Positions 12,601 through 26,356 of a stretch of DNA of 64,000 nucleotides are shown here, piece after piece. The stretch spans positions 159,532,509 to 159,596,508 of the forward strand of contig NC_068983.1 in NCBI RefSeq assembly GCF_001194135.2, given 5' to 3'. Every line of letters begins with the position of its first letter. The first letter of the stretch is position 1. Source of the DNA: Octopus bimaculoides (Eukaryota). The position numbers and the translations under genes were made by a program. The notes beneath the pieces were generated by a model, which did no database searches, was not told where the DNA came from, and was given only the letters and a program-made list of their open reading frames with translations.

Positions 12601-12837
12601 TTTTACTGATGTTTCTAAACCTATGTTTCTGTTAAATATAATTGTGTACTGAATTAAGGAATATCCTACCAATACAAGTTTCAGTATTAAGGAAAAAAAC
12701 TTTGTGTGTAAATCATATGACCTAACAGTGGCGTTTTCTATTGGCGAGATTAGAGCTAATCATATAACAAATTCTATTATTGAAGCCATTAGCAGCTAAG
12801 GCCTCGTTGTAGGACGGCGCTGTGTCATCGAAGATCT

Positions 12838-12874
<37 letters not shown>

Positions 12875-15800
12875 CAGTGCACATAGACACACACACACAC
12901 ATATATTCACGCACACACACACATGTATATATACACATATATATGAGTGTCTGTGTGGAAGTGGGGGTCGAGTGCGCGTGATTGTGAGCGTGTGTATAGA
13001 CGCATATATAAATTTATTTTGAGAGATATGCATAATGCCATGAAGAGAGAGATAAAGAGAAGGATACAAAGAGAGAATAATAACGATAAAGAGATAGTGA
13101 GAAAAGAAATAAAGATAAATTTGCATATAGTAATATACGACAAAAGAGGTAAATGGTGTGGCGAATGAGCGAGAAATTATAGACAGAATAGAAGAGATTA
13201 AGGGGAGCTAGAGAAAGATATTTTAGTGCAGAAGTTTTCTGTAAGATGTTTTCTGGCAATATAAAAGTTTGAAATAGATCACCGGAGAGTAGTTTTATGG
13301 GATCACTATTTCATTTATGACTTTTGACCCAGAACAATGACCAGGTCCAAATATAAAGATAATATAGAGTTTAACATAGGCATCGATATTATTATCTCTC
13401 GCAGACAAATACTGTGTAACTGTTCAATATTAGTTTATACTGATGTAATTAAGGGCATAATATCTCTATCATTGATTACAATAACTTTTCTATTTCGGAT
13501 CAGTTATATATGTCGAACATATTTTCCCACATCTCGATGGTCTGTTGCATCTAGGAACTAAATAACTTCGAAAATAGCGTCAAATTGGAGAAGATTTTTG
13601 TAAACAAACAAGTCCACTAAAATCGTTAATAGAATTTGTGATCATGTAAGAGGAAAATATGAATGAATAACTTAACGATAAGTCCATTACCCTTCAATTA
13701 TTAATTTCTTCCTCCGGCTATCTACTAACATATTGGATAGACATACCATCGTATGTCATTGAACATTGTAATATTACGTAATAATATAGGAAGAAAGATC
13801 ATTTTCTCACTGGGTGAGTGAACTACGAAAATATTCGTCGAGTGACATTAACGCGTGAGAAATTGACATACATATATTAAGCATCCAATATTTGCTTCAA
13901 CGATTATACTTCAGATGTTCAGTTGCCTGAGTATTACAGAATCAAATTGTGTATGATTGTATATACCACAGTCAATTGTACTCAAAATAATCCTTAGGCC
14001 CTTTCAGCATGACACAACGTGTAACACGGCCGATCCGATTTCAGTCTAATTTCATTCAGAAAATTTATGTTGGCCCAGATGTTGTAAATGAAATTCAGTA
14101 TAAATTGGTATGACAGAAAACACTTTCTCATAGTGCTGCACAAAGGGGATCAAATTAGAACCTCACAATCTTGAAGATTAGGTATAATGTTCACTGAGTG
14201 CTAAACGACCATGGAATCAACGCAATAAAAATAATAAGATGTGGTCCATTGCTCATTTAGCTTGTTCTCTGATACCACATCCATTCGGTCCATTCTGTAA
14301 ATTAGAAATATAGAAATTCAAAGCTTCTTATTGTGCGTCACAAAGAGAGCGTTAAGCCATACGAAATCTTTCAAAAGCCACACTCACTTTAATCAGTGAG
14401 AGCCATTCTAGATTGCTAATATTGATGATTTTTCATTATCAGAACAATCGTTTAAGCTAGGCGCAAAATCCGAGAGAGAAGTACGCTATTTATAATCATT
14501 CATAAGTCTCCTCTCTTCACATTGTCGAAAATGCCTTCTAGACTGAAACAGTCGTGTATCTATTAGTGAATGGCTCCAAAATGAAAAAAAGAAGCGTCTA
14601 TGTAATCGCTTAACCTGTAAGGAATAGCTATCAAATTTTCATCAAAGACCAATCTAGCGACATAAAAAGGAAAGTAATATTGAATAATATAATCCTATTA
14701 AGCATTATGTATGAAGGCAAAGCGGGACGACGCAAGGTTAAGACACAATTGATCATAGGTGTGGGGACCTCAGGCTACACATCAACACCAAAACTAACAT
14801 CAACGACAGCAATATCAAAAAGTGAATGATAATTTTGATGAGATTGAAATTACATCAACACCAAATAAGATATTCAATATATATACAATAAGATTAAATA
14901 TGTTTACATCAGAGCGAAACTAATTTTTTTAGCACACAGCTAGACAAGATATATTTAAACACAGTGAAAATAATTATATTTACAACATAGCTAGACCAAA
15001 CATATTTACAACATAGAAATAAGTATGTTTACATATATTGTAGTTAAATTACTTCTTGTAACGTCTGAGTAACTGGTAAGATTATGCATAGAACGATAAA
15101 AATTAATACCAAGTTAGTTTTACAGCTCAATCAGAGAACGTCCACAATACCACTCAACCTACAAGGAAATAACTAGGAAATATCCCTCAAACGATGATCT
15201 ATCATTGAAATATAGAGAAAAACGATAAATTCAAAAATCTTGTTTGATGTATATTGTGATAGAAAACACAGGATGGTCATAATTTTAAAGGCTTTGATAT
15301 AATCTGAGCGGGCTTAACCAGAGACAACAAATAAACCGATCAAAATAAACCGATCAAATTTAATGCATTCCAAAGCTCTGTTGCAGGTATTGAAGCATGA
15401 GAACAATCAACAAAGAATTTTCAAATAATATTCGTATTATCCCGGGGATCTATATAAATGCTCAAAACATTTGCAACAAGTGTATAATGGACAATATGAC
15501 ACATTAATATAATTTAATAAATGTGAGCTGTTGGACGGTGTACCTCTTTGAAGATATATTTTAGTGACTTTGACACATTTGAATTTAAAATTATTTTGGA
15601 CAAAACCAATCTTCATAATTTCAGCAAGAATTAACCACATCTTGTATAAATTTTATTGGCATTATACAATGAAAATTATGTAAAGCTAGTTGAGTAATGT
15701 GCTTAGTGACCTTATAGATGCGTACATACTTAAACTAAAACAAAATGGTAATGTTTTCAATGAATTTGATCTTAATCTGCCCAATCAAAACTAATCTAAA

Positions 15801-16366
15801 GTTAACCAGCAACAAAAATATATGTCGATTACTTTATGTACATATGTGTGTGTGTGTGACAAAAATGGGCTAAGAGAAATGAGTTTGTTTCGCTAGATAT
15901 ATGAAACTGGACAACAAACAGAAAAAAGATACTTATGCTAAATACTACACAATTAAAATTCTTGACTTAATGATTTTATCTTCGCTTCGAGAGCTGGTTA
16001 ACAATAGCGGCAATTGTTAACGACTCCGAATGGGAAGAAAAAAATATGAAACATCAATTTGAGTGTTTGGAAGTTGAATGCGTGTGTTGTTTGGCATATA
16101 TGTGTGCACTTAATATTCATGCTTGCGTGTATGAATTTGTGTGAGAGAGTGAATACTAGAGGCGTATGAGTGTGTGGATATATGTGCGTACATCTACGTG
16201 TCTATGTTTGTATGGTCGTAGAACAGCTTGGTATGGTGCGGCATTATGCGGTGTATAGAGTGCGGTGTGTATAGTGAGAAGGTTAAAACATTGGGTCTAG
16301 AATTAGATCTGTTGGGTAGAAGTTTCAGGAAAAATAAAAATTTTCATTGTTCTGCTTTTCTTGTAG

Positions 16367-16462
16367 GGTGGCTAACTCTGCAGGAGAAAGCAGAAAACGG
16401 AGAGACGTCGGATGAAATGGTGTACAGAATACAAACGGCATGCGAAAGGCAAACCCCATTAC
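16367..16462 (+). CDS. Candidate exon of an unidentified gene
   Basis: Acceptor ttctgcttttcttgtag| and donor TAC|gtaagg; 96 nt, GC-richer than flanks. One frame fully open (WLTLQEKAENGETSDEMVYRIQTACERQTPL), another open from ATG 16412 (MKWCTEYKRHAKGKPHY). Confidence 0.4.
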
Positions 16463-16752
16463 GTAAGGTGCTCTGTAAATAACTTAGCAAGTCGCCAGAA
16501 AGCTTGTGCGATATAAATGGAGGATAAGAACCGCAAACAAGGTACATCAAATAATAGCTATAATTTGTTTTCTGAAGTCTGCTTGTACATGGATTTCTAC
16601 TTCGGATACATATACATATATGCATACACATATGCAAGAGAGTTATAAAATATTAAAATATTAAAAAAAAAAAAAAAATTCAAACATCTACACCTATGAA
16701 CAATCCGACTAGAGGCGAATTCCGAGTGGACTACCAAATGTTTATACTCTAA

Positions 16753-16754
<2 letters not shown>

Positions 16755-16810
<56 letters not shown>

Positions 16811-16811
16811 A

Positions 16812-16848
<37 letters not shown>

Positions 16849-16853
16849 GTCTA

Positions 16854-16900
<47 letters not shown>

Positions 16901-16913
16901 GTCTGTCTGTCTA

Positions 16914-16944
<31 letters not shown>

Positions 16945-16983
16945 GCCTGTCTGTCTCTCTGTCTGTCTATCTATCTATCTATC
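16755..16983. repeat. Compound (TCTA)n/(TCTG)n microsatellite
   Basis: Direct reading. Confidence 0.95.
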
Positions 16984-18409
16984 TACACACTGACACAAAC
17001 CCAAATATGTGCATAGTAATGTATGCACATGCATATTGAGGACTATGAAAGAGAAAAGTCAATAGGATTATAGAGTATTGGGAGATATAAAACTTCAGAG
17101 TGAGCAAGACTTTTATCTTTTATAGTCAGGAATTGTCTGATTATGAAATGTTTTTAAAAATGGCAGTAGTACTTATAGGAAATGGAGTAGATTTAGAGAG
17201 ATATAGTGATCGTGCTTGTGGTGTGGTATTTTTCTATGTATGAAATTCTCTGTCTTGGTGTAAGATATAAGTAGGTGTGTTCAAATGTCACCGTTTTGTA
17301 TGTATATATGCATGCATACATGTATGTATGTATGTATGTATGTATGTATGTATGTATGTATGTATGTGTGTTTGTGTATGTTGGAATGTATATATGTGTG
17401 TCTATGTATGCATGTACGTACGTACGTATATATGTATGTGTGTTTACATTGGAATGGTTACAGGAACGAGAAAAGAAAGATAGAAACGTTAAATCGTCAA
17501 CATATGGGGTGGTATCCGCTTGGGTAGAAAAGGTGAAAATACTATACTTGTTTGTGTGATAAGATCTAATTCTGTGTCGGTGTGGTTCATTAGCGTTGTT
17601 GGATTTATGTGCCTAGAGTGCATACTGGTGGTTGGAAGGCTTAAATATATTTTGGCTGGTATGGTNNNNNNNNNNNNNNNNNNNNNNNNNNNNNNNNNNN
17701 NNNNNNNNNNNNNNNNNNNNNNNNNNNNNNNNNNNNNNNNNNNNNNNNNNNNNNNNNNNNNNNNNNNNNNNNNNNNNNNNNNNNNNNNNNNNNNNNNNNN
17801 NNNNNNNNNNNNNNNNNNNNNNNNNNNNNNNNNNNNNNNNNNNNNNNNNNNNNNNNNNNNNNNNNNNNNNNNNNNNNNNNNNNNNNNNNNNNNNNNNNNN
17901 NNNNNNNNNNNNNNNNNNNNNNNNNNNNNNNNNNNNNNNNNNNNNNNNNNNNNNNNNNNNNNNNNNNNNNNNNNNNNNNNNNNNNNNNNNNNNNNNNNNN
18001 NNNNNNNNNNNNNNNNNNNNNNNNNNNNNNNNNNNNNNNNNNNNNNNNNNNNNNNNNNNNNNNNNNNNNNNNNNNNNNNNNNNNNNNNNNNNNNNNNNNN
18101 NNNNNNNNNNNNNNNNNNNNNNNNNNNNNNNNNNNNNNNNNNNNNNNNNNNNNNNNNNNAATAAGGACACCACCATTGATAATAGCAAGGCAACAATTTC
18201 ACGCATGACTTTAAGGATCTGATGATATCCAAGTAAAGTCATCAAAGTTGCTACGACTTCTAAGTCCACTTCATTGACTTTTCCTGGAGATAGCACGTTT
18301 ATAAGTTAATAAAAACTACCCTATATATCAGCTTTCATTTAGTATTTCAATTAGTCGAAATGCGAGGAAGCGTCTTTTTGAGCATTTAAATTCGTTTCGG
18401 AGCAATCTA

Positions 18410-19080
18410 CAGGGTGGGTGGAAAGTAAGTAGGCATTAAAAATTCGCAATAAAATCCATATTCCTTTTACAAATTTATTGAAACAAATGATACATGTTCT
18501 TTATTTCCATGTAAGCACCGGTGGCGTCAACCAGCTTCTTCAAACGGCCAGGGATGGAACGAACACCCTTCTGAAGGACGTCGTCTGGGATATCATTGAG
18601 AACCTCCTGAATCCGTATCTCCGAGTCGTCCAGGTAAAAATCACTACAGGTAAAAATCACATTGAGTGAGATCTGAACTCTTGCGGTCACAATTTTCAGG
18701 CTTTAGCTTTTGCACGTAATGGAGTTTCCACGGACGAAAATTCAATTCTTTATACAACACCGTACGTGTTGTGTGTCTTGCTAGTCCACTTTCACAAGCT
18801 GCTTGACGTGTTGATTTTTGTGGGCTGCGATTAAACATTTCCTGCACTGTTGTCACGTTCTCCGCTGATCGGCATATGGTTTGACGGCCACTTCTTCATG
18901 CATCGTTCATCAGCTTTGCATGATAACTTTTTATTTTCTCTGGATGTATTGTTGCATGCTTACCTTTCCATGCACGCCACTATCCCTGAACCAAAACAAA
19001 GGAAATCTGCACTTCCTAGCGTGCTGCTATCTGAGCTCGCTCCTGAAATAAATAAATCAATAGGTCAAAAGCGAAATATC
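18410..19080 (-). mobile_element. Internally deleted Tc1/mariner-superfamily element (CAGGGTG terminus; maT/rosa-like motifs)
   Basis: TA|cagggtgggtggaaagt terminus at 18408-18410. Minus frames read RSGRQTICRSAENVTTVQEMFNRSPQKSTRQ...PWKLHYVQKL, fused to SSDLTQCDFYL (cf. SPDLTPCDFFL) and ...RSIPGRLKKLVDATGAYMEI. The other TIR was not found. Confidence 0.75.
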
Positions 19081-19240
19081 TCATGAACTCGGGACCAGAG
19101 ATGAAATTACCTGTCACCAATCCTTTCATTCGCGACTTCCATATCACCTCTCTCACGATTGCTACTACCACGAGAAAAAAAATCTTACCTTGTTTCGTTA
19201 GAAAAACAGGTGGGTCAATTTTTAGAATTTTAGACGAGAG

Positions 19241-19500
19241 TTTATTTCTTTATTGCCCACAAGGGGCTAAACATAGAGGAGACAAACAAGGACAGACAAA
19301 GAGATTAAGTCGATTACATCGACCCGAGTGCGTAACTGGTACTTAATTTATCGACCTCGAAAGGATGAAAGGCAAAGTCGACCTCAGCGGAATTTGAACT
19401 CAGAACGTAGCGGCAGACGAAATACCGCTAAGCATTTCACCCGGCGTGCTAACGTTTCTGCCAGCTCACCGCCTTACGTTTCTGCCAGCTCATCGCCTTA
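19241..19500 (-). mobile_element. tRNA-derived SINE family B, full length, with duplicated 5' 24 nt
   Basis: Reverse complement begins ggcggtgagctggcagaaacgttagcacg...gagttcaaattcc and ends in an A-rich tail; homologous to 40702-40935. Unit acgtttctgccagctca(c/t)cgcctt at 19452-19475 and 19476-19499. Confidence 0.9.
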
Positions 19501-21910
19501 AACGAGACTCAGACGAGAGTTGTACTCTTCTTGTATCGGACAACAGGTGTTCTATATAAGGCCACACTTCTGACACCTCCGGACACTGGACAATAGCATG
19601 CAGGACGGTTTCCCTCTCCTGCTCGCATCTTGGACAGGACGATGGGCCGGGATGACTGTGTCTAGTTAACTTATCCCGAACGAGTAAGGCTCCTCTGTAA
19701 TATTGCCAAACCAGAGACTTTCGTAAATTATCCATTGTCCGAATGTCCGTCGGAACAGAATGTCCAGTTGATTATCATCGAGACCCAAGGTCTTCTCTAG
19801 GGTATAGTCATATCCACACTCTACCAATCTACTATAAAAAAAATGCGGTTGTACCAAAACCGCTGTCATTGCCCGAGCGACGGAAAAGCAGGAGAACCTT
19901 CCGACACTCCGCGTATCAAGTACCCAACCTTGATCTTCGATGAAACCAGATTTCCCGTCCATTAAAACTAGTGAATCTGGGAAACATCCGTTTCTCCAAC
20001 GGAGACCACACTCGTTCACCACCCAGGAGGAGCCAAAGATACCTCAATCTCAGCGCATGTTTGCGCATCAACAGCTAAGGCACCCTTAGTTCACTTTTTC
20101 AAGGTTTTTGACAACAGATAGAACGTCTCACAAGTGGAGTCGATCCTTTCAACAAGAAGCAGAATATCTGTCTTTCCAACTTGCTCAACCACGAATCCGG
20201 AAAAGGAACGATGGTTAGGCGGTAGATGATGACCGATGCGATAAACACAATGGCCACCTCCACCCTCCCTTTCAGGGATAGCCACCGCCAGGACCAGCTC
20301 TTGACCATGTGGGTCACCTTACTAGATATCTCAGCCCAGTTATTTTCTACCTGGAGATCTGGACCAAACCTGACCCCTAACAATTTAACCGGGCCCTCCG
20401 TCCAATCCCACAACGCTGTCCGAAGGCACTGACTTGCCTCTCCAGATGCCGAGCTTCAAGCCGACCAATTTTCCCCAATAAATTTTACTCCTGCCACCGT
20501 CTCGTAAACTTAATGGTCTCAACTACCCTCTGTAGGTGTTCCATCTCAGTCGTGATGATGGTAATGTTATCTGCGTACGCTGAAACCGATCCTCCACAAA
20601 CCGGCTTCCTCGGGATGCCACTCAACTTTCGCAGTAACGGCTCAAGAGCCATCACATACAAAAGCAGCGAAAGCGGACATCCTTGGCGAGCCGAGGCTTT
20701 GAAAGAAAACTGTTCACGTGAACGATCGAGTCAATGTTATCGTACAATTGAATGATCCACCTAAGGAAGCCAAGACCCAGTCCGAACCGCGCAAGAACAG
20801 ACACAAGGTAATGATGGTCAAACCTATCGATGGTCAGCGCTATCGATGGTCAACCTTATCGACCTTGGTCTAAATGGACCAGTGCTCCACCCTTGCCAGA
20901 TTTACTATCAAACCCCTCCAAGGTGTAGCGTAGAAGGTGGAGATTGTCCTGAATGCTTCTGCCGAGAACGGCACATGTCTGTGCATCCCCGATCAGACCA
21001 TCCGCGACACACGCCAACCTTTTGCTAATACCTTGGCCAAAATCTTCAACTCTGTGTTTAGCAGAGTGATGGGCCTGAAATTGTCTACGCTATCCTCCTT
21101 GTCTGGGTCCTTCTTGACCAGCGTCACCACTCCTCGGCGCACAAATCTGGGAATCATCCCATTCTGCTGCCAGTTAGTGTAAATACTAGCCAGTAGGTGC
21201 CAGGACAAGTCTGGCATACTCTTATACAATTTGTAGGGCAGACCATCAAGATCCGGTGCCTTAACTACGACGCAGTCTGTTAAAGCCTCTATCACCTCCT
21301 CAGTTGTGATCGACCCTTCACAACAATTCGCATCCCGTCCCGAGAGACGCGGCAGCCCGGCGAGGAAGTCCGTAAGGTCCAACCTACTATCCGGCCCATC
21401 GCCCCTCCGGAGAAGCTGGGCGAAGTGCTCCTGAAAGGTCTTACACATCTCCTCGGGTTCGTTTATCAACTTCCCTTATTGGTTCACCAAAGATCGAACT
21501 GTAGAATCATTTCCACGTTGGGTTTCCATCACTCGGGCCCATCCAGCGGCCCTGATTCCCTTGCAGCCCATTGCACAAAGTCTAGCCATGACAATACACC
21601 CCATGTGCTTGGCTTCTAAGTGCTGGTTTAGTTCCAGTCTCTTCACCTTCACTTTCATCTGAGGTACACTGCCAGCCCTCATGGCTTCCTCTAGGGCCTT
21701 AACTAAATCTTGTTCCCGCTTACGCTTTCTAGCTACTAAATCTATGCTATATCTAATAGACTCAAATTTAATGTCTCGCTTGAGGGCATACCGCCATGTT
21801 TTATTAAGAATGGTTCCGGTTAGTGCCCTCTGTATCAATTTCTTAATCCGGTTCCTGTACTCTTCAATCGCTAAAAGGGACGTATTGAGTTTCCAGTAGC
21901 CGGAACCTTT
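19501..21910 (-). mobile_element. Tx1-clade LINE ORF2 pseudogene fragment (endonuclease tail, RT, zinc-binding region), truncated at both ends
   Basis: Minus ORFs give GYWKLNTSLL, KAPDLDGLP, NFRPITLLNTELKILAKVLA, VKLLGVRFG, WSWRWLSLKGRVEV and CPRCEQERETVLHAIVQCP, with many stops and frameshifts. Confidence 0.9.
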
Positions 21911-22247
21911 ACAATATAGCTTATGTACCTAGTATACTTAAGTGTAAAAGTGTCACAGAATGTTTGTGAGAAATACAAATGGAAACTTACCTAACAGATA
22001 GCCATGAGAGAAATCATATGTCATGCATGAGACACAATAGATTTAACCCACACATTTAGATTGAACTGCCTGTGTTCAGTCTACTGCAGGATGAAGACCA
22101 AAGCATCATCTCTCCACCAGCCACGGTCTGATGTGGAGGCTATGAATTTGAGCTTGTGTTCATACTTGTTTGATAAGCCTACTCTGCAACACTGGCTTGA
22201 CATGATTTGGCAGAGGGATGCAGTTTTTACACTCTTACCCAGAAGTA

Positions 22248-22378
22248 GTTGAGTCGATTATATCGACTCCTAAAAGAATAAAAAAGCAAAGTTGACCAAG
22301 CAGAATTTGAACTCAGAACGCAAAGACGGGCGAAATACCGCTAAGCATTTCATTTGGTGAACTAACATTTCTGCTAGC
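22248..22378 (-). mobile_element. SINE family B fragment
   Basis: gaatttgaactcagaacg...gaaataccgctaagcatttc shared with 19241-19500. Confidence 0.75.
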
Positions 22379-22530
22379 GTGCAAACGATTGTTAGTTAAA
22401 TCTGTCAAAGATATACGGTGATTGGCATAGATAATGTGGTAAAAATGTAGAAACATCTTTGTGGCATAAAAGTATTAAGCATGTAGAAAAGACCTGACAA
22501 AAAATATAACAAGGTGTGACAAATGATATT

Positions 22531-22769
22531 CTTTTATTTATTTATTTGTTTTAGTCATTTGAGTACAGCCATGCTGGAGTACCGCCTTGAAGGATTTTAG
22601 TCGAACAAATCGACCACAGGACTCATTTTTTAAGCCTAGTACTTATTCCATCGGTCTCTTTTGCCGAACTGTTAATTTACGGGAACGTAAACACATCAAA
22701 ACTGGTTGTCAAGAATTGATGGCGTGACAAATGTAGACACAAAGACACACACACATAGATAAATACATA

Positions 22770-22828
<59 letters not shown>

Positions 22829-22986
22829 GACGGGCTTCTTTCAATTTCCGTCTGCCAAATTCACTCACAACGCTTTGGTCGGCCCGAGGCTATAGTAGAA
22901 CACTCTTGCCCAAGGTAGAATGCAGTGGGACTGGATCCGGAACAATGTGATAGGGAAGCAAGCTTCCTACCACACAGCCACACCCT
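22531..22986 (-). mobile_element. SINE family C (tRNA head, ccttgggcaag core-like motif, internal microsatellite, A-rich tail)
   Basis: Reverse complement reads gtgtggctgtgtggtaggaagcttgcttcc...accttgggcaag...gaaagaagcccgtcg-(TA)n-(TG)n-body-ccagcatggct...aaataaaag. Homologs at 33776, 48054 and 48610. Confidence 0.85.
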
Positions 22987-23182
22987 CAGCCAAGACACAT
23001 CAGTACTTATTCCTCCATTCACAAGTGTGTATCTGGTTTCATCAGACTTTCATTGTATGCTATCATTCTACTAGCGAAATTCCACGGTTTTCACAAGTGA
23101 AAACTGAGAACTGTGGTTGTTTTGTTATTGTAATGGTAGAGAAAATGGCGAATAGCAGGAGAGAGGGAGGGGGACAGAGGGG

Positions 23183-23351
<169 letters not shown>

Positions 23352-23899
23352 TTCATATATGAAAAGGATTTGTAAGATGTTAGTTAACGGAAGTGATAGT
23401 ACAGGTTGTATGTAGTAAAGAGTTGAAAGTAAGCGATTTGTTTTTGTGGATAAAATTTTAAGGAAAATTACTGTTTGATTGAACGTAAAACGTCTCAGTA
23501 TCAGAAGTTGTCATCGAATATTGTTGTCGTCGTTGCCACCACCACTGCCATGACAGCTAGGAACAAACAACATCCTTGTCTCTCTCTCAAAAAAAAAAAC
23601 AGAAAAAAAGACACATCATAACTACCGTTGCCCACATTATTCATCCTTATCTCTTTTACTTTCTTTTTCAATTGCTTTCTCTTTTCCCGTTTCTTTTTCT
23701 CCCGCTATCTCTCTTATATAAATTCAAAACGCTTCTCTCTCCCTTTCCTCTCTCTTTAAATTCATTCTCCTGATTCTCCCCATTCTCGCCTCTCTTTAAA
23801 CTACCCCTTTTCACCATATATCAACACACACACACATAGTGTCAACCACCTCCGTCGCCACCGCTACCATAAATACCAATTATTTCAATTTTTACTCAG

Positions 23900-23927
23900 C
23901 TTTACTTTCCCGTGCGTGAGACAGAAG
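23900..23927 (+). CDS. Candidate 28-nt micro-exon (LYFPVRETE, phase 0 to 1)
   Basis: atttcaatttttactcag|ctttactttcccgtgcgtgagacagaag|gtaggt has near-consensus splice sites. Confidence 0.3.
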
Positions 23928-25001
23928 GTAGGTAGGAACGTACTATTGCATTAAGATATAGCGATTAGTAAATACTTTGAAACGCACAAAACAACAAGCC
24001 ACATCGGTATCGTTCTCTCTCAGATTAAAATCCACTACATTTGACATTCATGTAGTTTACATCTATCTCGATTGTATGACCATTTCTTATCTGGAATGAT
24101 CTAGTTTTCTTAAGACTTCATCGTCAAACTATTCCCATTTACCAGTGAAACAAAGAATATCATTATGATCATTTCAACAATACTTATCTATAGACAACAC
24201 TAAAATGGAGAAGTTCAGTTGAATATGAGCAGAAAGATTATTTATTTCTATTTAAGGCTGATTGAAATAGATAGTATTTGTTAGGATCATATATGAAAAT
24301 CTTAGAAAGAGCGAATACAACAGTTACGTACAGATAAATTTTCTTGCAATCATGTCGGCTGAATACGGTGTTTTGCTTAGCCCATCAGTTAAACATAATT
24401 GAAATTGCACATTAATATTGTTCAGCTAGCCACAGAAGTCATAGATATGTACATTGGAAGTCTTTTCAAAGTGACAAAATGAAATTGAAAGGGTCCAACA
24501 GGGAAATCAAAATTGTATCATGTATTCAAATCATCAAGAGCTTATCACTTAATTCGCTAAGATATACAAGTGGACTGCTTAGCAAATAACACAAATAATA
24601 TATATCTCTTTGAATAAAAATATCCCGCAGCTCGACAATGTATTCATTATCAAAATTGCAGCATTAAGAATGCTATACCGATATGTGATACCCAAATCTA
24701 CGAATCGAGGTTTCTAGCCCAAAGATAATATAAATAACATATTCATTGTTATATTTAAATTGTAATATATCTATATAATACAAGATTTCCTGTATTACTT
24801 GTATTGATATCGAATCAAAATGAAAGTAGAGTTGCGATTGATGCAATTATCCCTTCGAATCTAAGTTATTTCCTCGATGTACATTTTGAAATGTCATTAT
24901 CACTAATAGATTCCCCCGTTCTAATACCTAATGCACAATAATTTAAATTAGACAAGTTACAAAGTAATAATTCTCATAGGAACAATTTTTGTAGTTGAGC
25001 G

Positions 25002-25109
<108 letters not shown>

Positions 25110-25155
25110 CGTGTGTGTGTGTACGTGTGCGGCGCGTGTGTGTGTGTGTATAGTG

Positions 25156-25475
25156 AAGGTGCATGACTCAGTAGTCAAAATGTCGGGCTCACAATCATGT
25201 GGTGGTGAGTTCGATTCCAGGACCGGGAAGACTCTTTATTTCACGTTACTCCAGTTCCCTCAGCAGTAGAAATGAGGTGCGACGTCACTGGTGCGAAGCT
25301 GTACCGGACTTTGCTTTTCTCTTGGACAATATCCGTGATGAGGGGAGACTGCAGTGGATGGGCGACTGCTGGTCCTCCACAAGCAACCTTTTCCCGACCT
25401 GTGTCTCAGAGGGGAACATTCTAGGTGCAATTCCGTGGCCATTCGTTGTCAAAAAGAGTTTTTACCTTTACCCTT
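25156..25475 (+). mobile_element. SINE family A
   Basis: Homologous to 2393-2718; follows a (TG)n tract. Confidence 0.85.
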
Positions 25476-25483
25476 TATATGTT

Positions 25484-26322
25484 CAAGACGACTTTCGGGC
25501 CTGAACCTATGGACAACTTCCAGAGATCCCTGGCCTGGCAGTGCTACCGAGGGGCGCTACCCGTTCGGGATAAGGTCTACCGACACCGCTCGAGAAATAC
25601 GGGGCCGACCTGCCCGAGATGCGGTCAGAGCGACAAGACCGTTCTGCATGCACTCATGCAGTGTCCAACCATTTCCGACCTGTGGGCTTATGTGGAACGA
25701 CTGCTGTCACGTGTGGGACGAGTCTGTCTATCAACCGAGTCTATCGTCAATATCGTCATGCCTCCTTCCTTTAAACGGGAAGGAAAAGCTGTTTTTATTG
25801 AACTTGTGCCTATGGCGAAAGAATGTATCTGGTGGACGCGTCTGAAAGGATTAGAGACAAACACTTTCCTCTCTGGTCAATCTCTCATCAACTTTTTCAA
25901 GTATCACTTGAAAAGGAAGGTGAGAGTCGAGAGGCAAGTGTTGTCTAATGAATGTTTCCAAAAAAGATGGGTGAATGTAGCAAGGATGGCACGTATAAAT
26001 GACGAAACCACCTTGAGCATGATCCTATGAAACGGGAAAATTTTAAAGCAGAGAGTTACTTACCTTGTGTAATTAAATCTATTAATCATGTAACATTATT
26101 GCCCGAGGTAACCGTGGTCTTTTCGTAGGTTTTTCTTTCCACGGATAAACCTTCTCATTTCTTGGGAACTTTTTGTATATATTTATCTTTCTTGTACATA
26201 CCCCAAACGTTTTCGATTCCTTTTGATCGTTGTCCCTATTTTTTTTTCGCCCCATCGAAAAGAAAAGCTCTACATTGTATTTGTCCCACCTGTGTTCAGC
26301 CCTGTGTGGCTAATAAAGAAAG

Positions 26323-26324
<2 letters not shown>
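25484..26324 (+). mobile_element. 5'-truncated Tx1-clade LINE: open ORF2 C-terminus, 3' UTR and AATAAA
   Basis: ORF 25425-26030 (AWQCYRGALPVRDKVY...CPRCGQSDKTVLHALMQCP...) is homologous to 19490-19735. AATAAA at 26312-26317, then (ATCT)n from 26325. Confidence 0.9.

Positions 26325-26354
<30 letters not shown>

Positions 26355-26356
<2 letters not shown>

Noticed and set aside
16406-16420. RRMKW, resembling homeodomain helix 3
   Set aside because: The invariant WFQN is absent and no other homeobox sequence is present.
17485-17665. YVDD motif on the minus strand suggesting an RT
   Set aside because: No upstream PQG or MGS motif is in register, and the neighbouring sequence is a gap.
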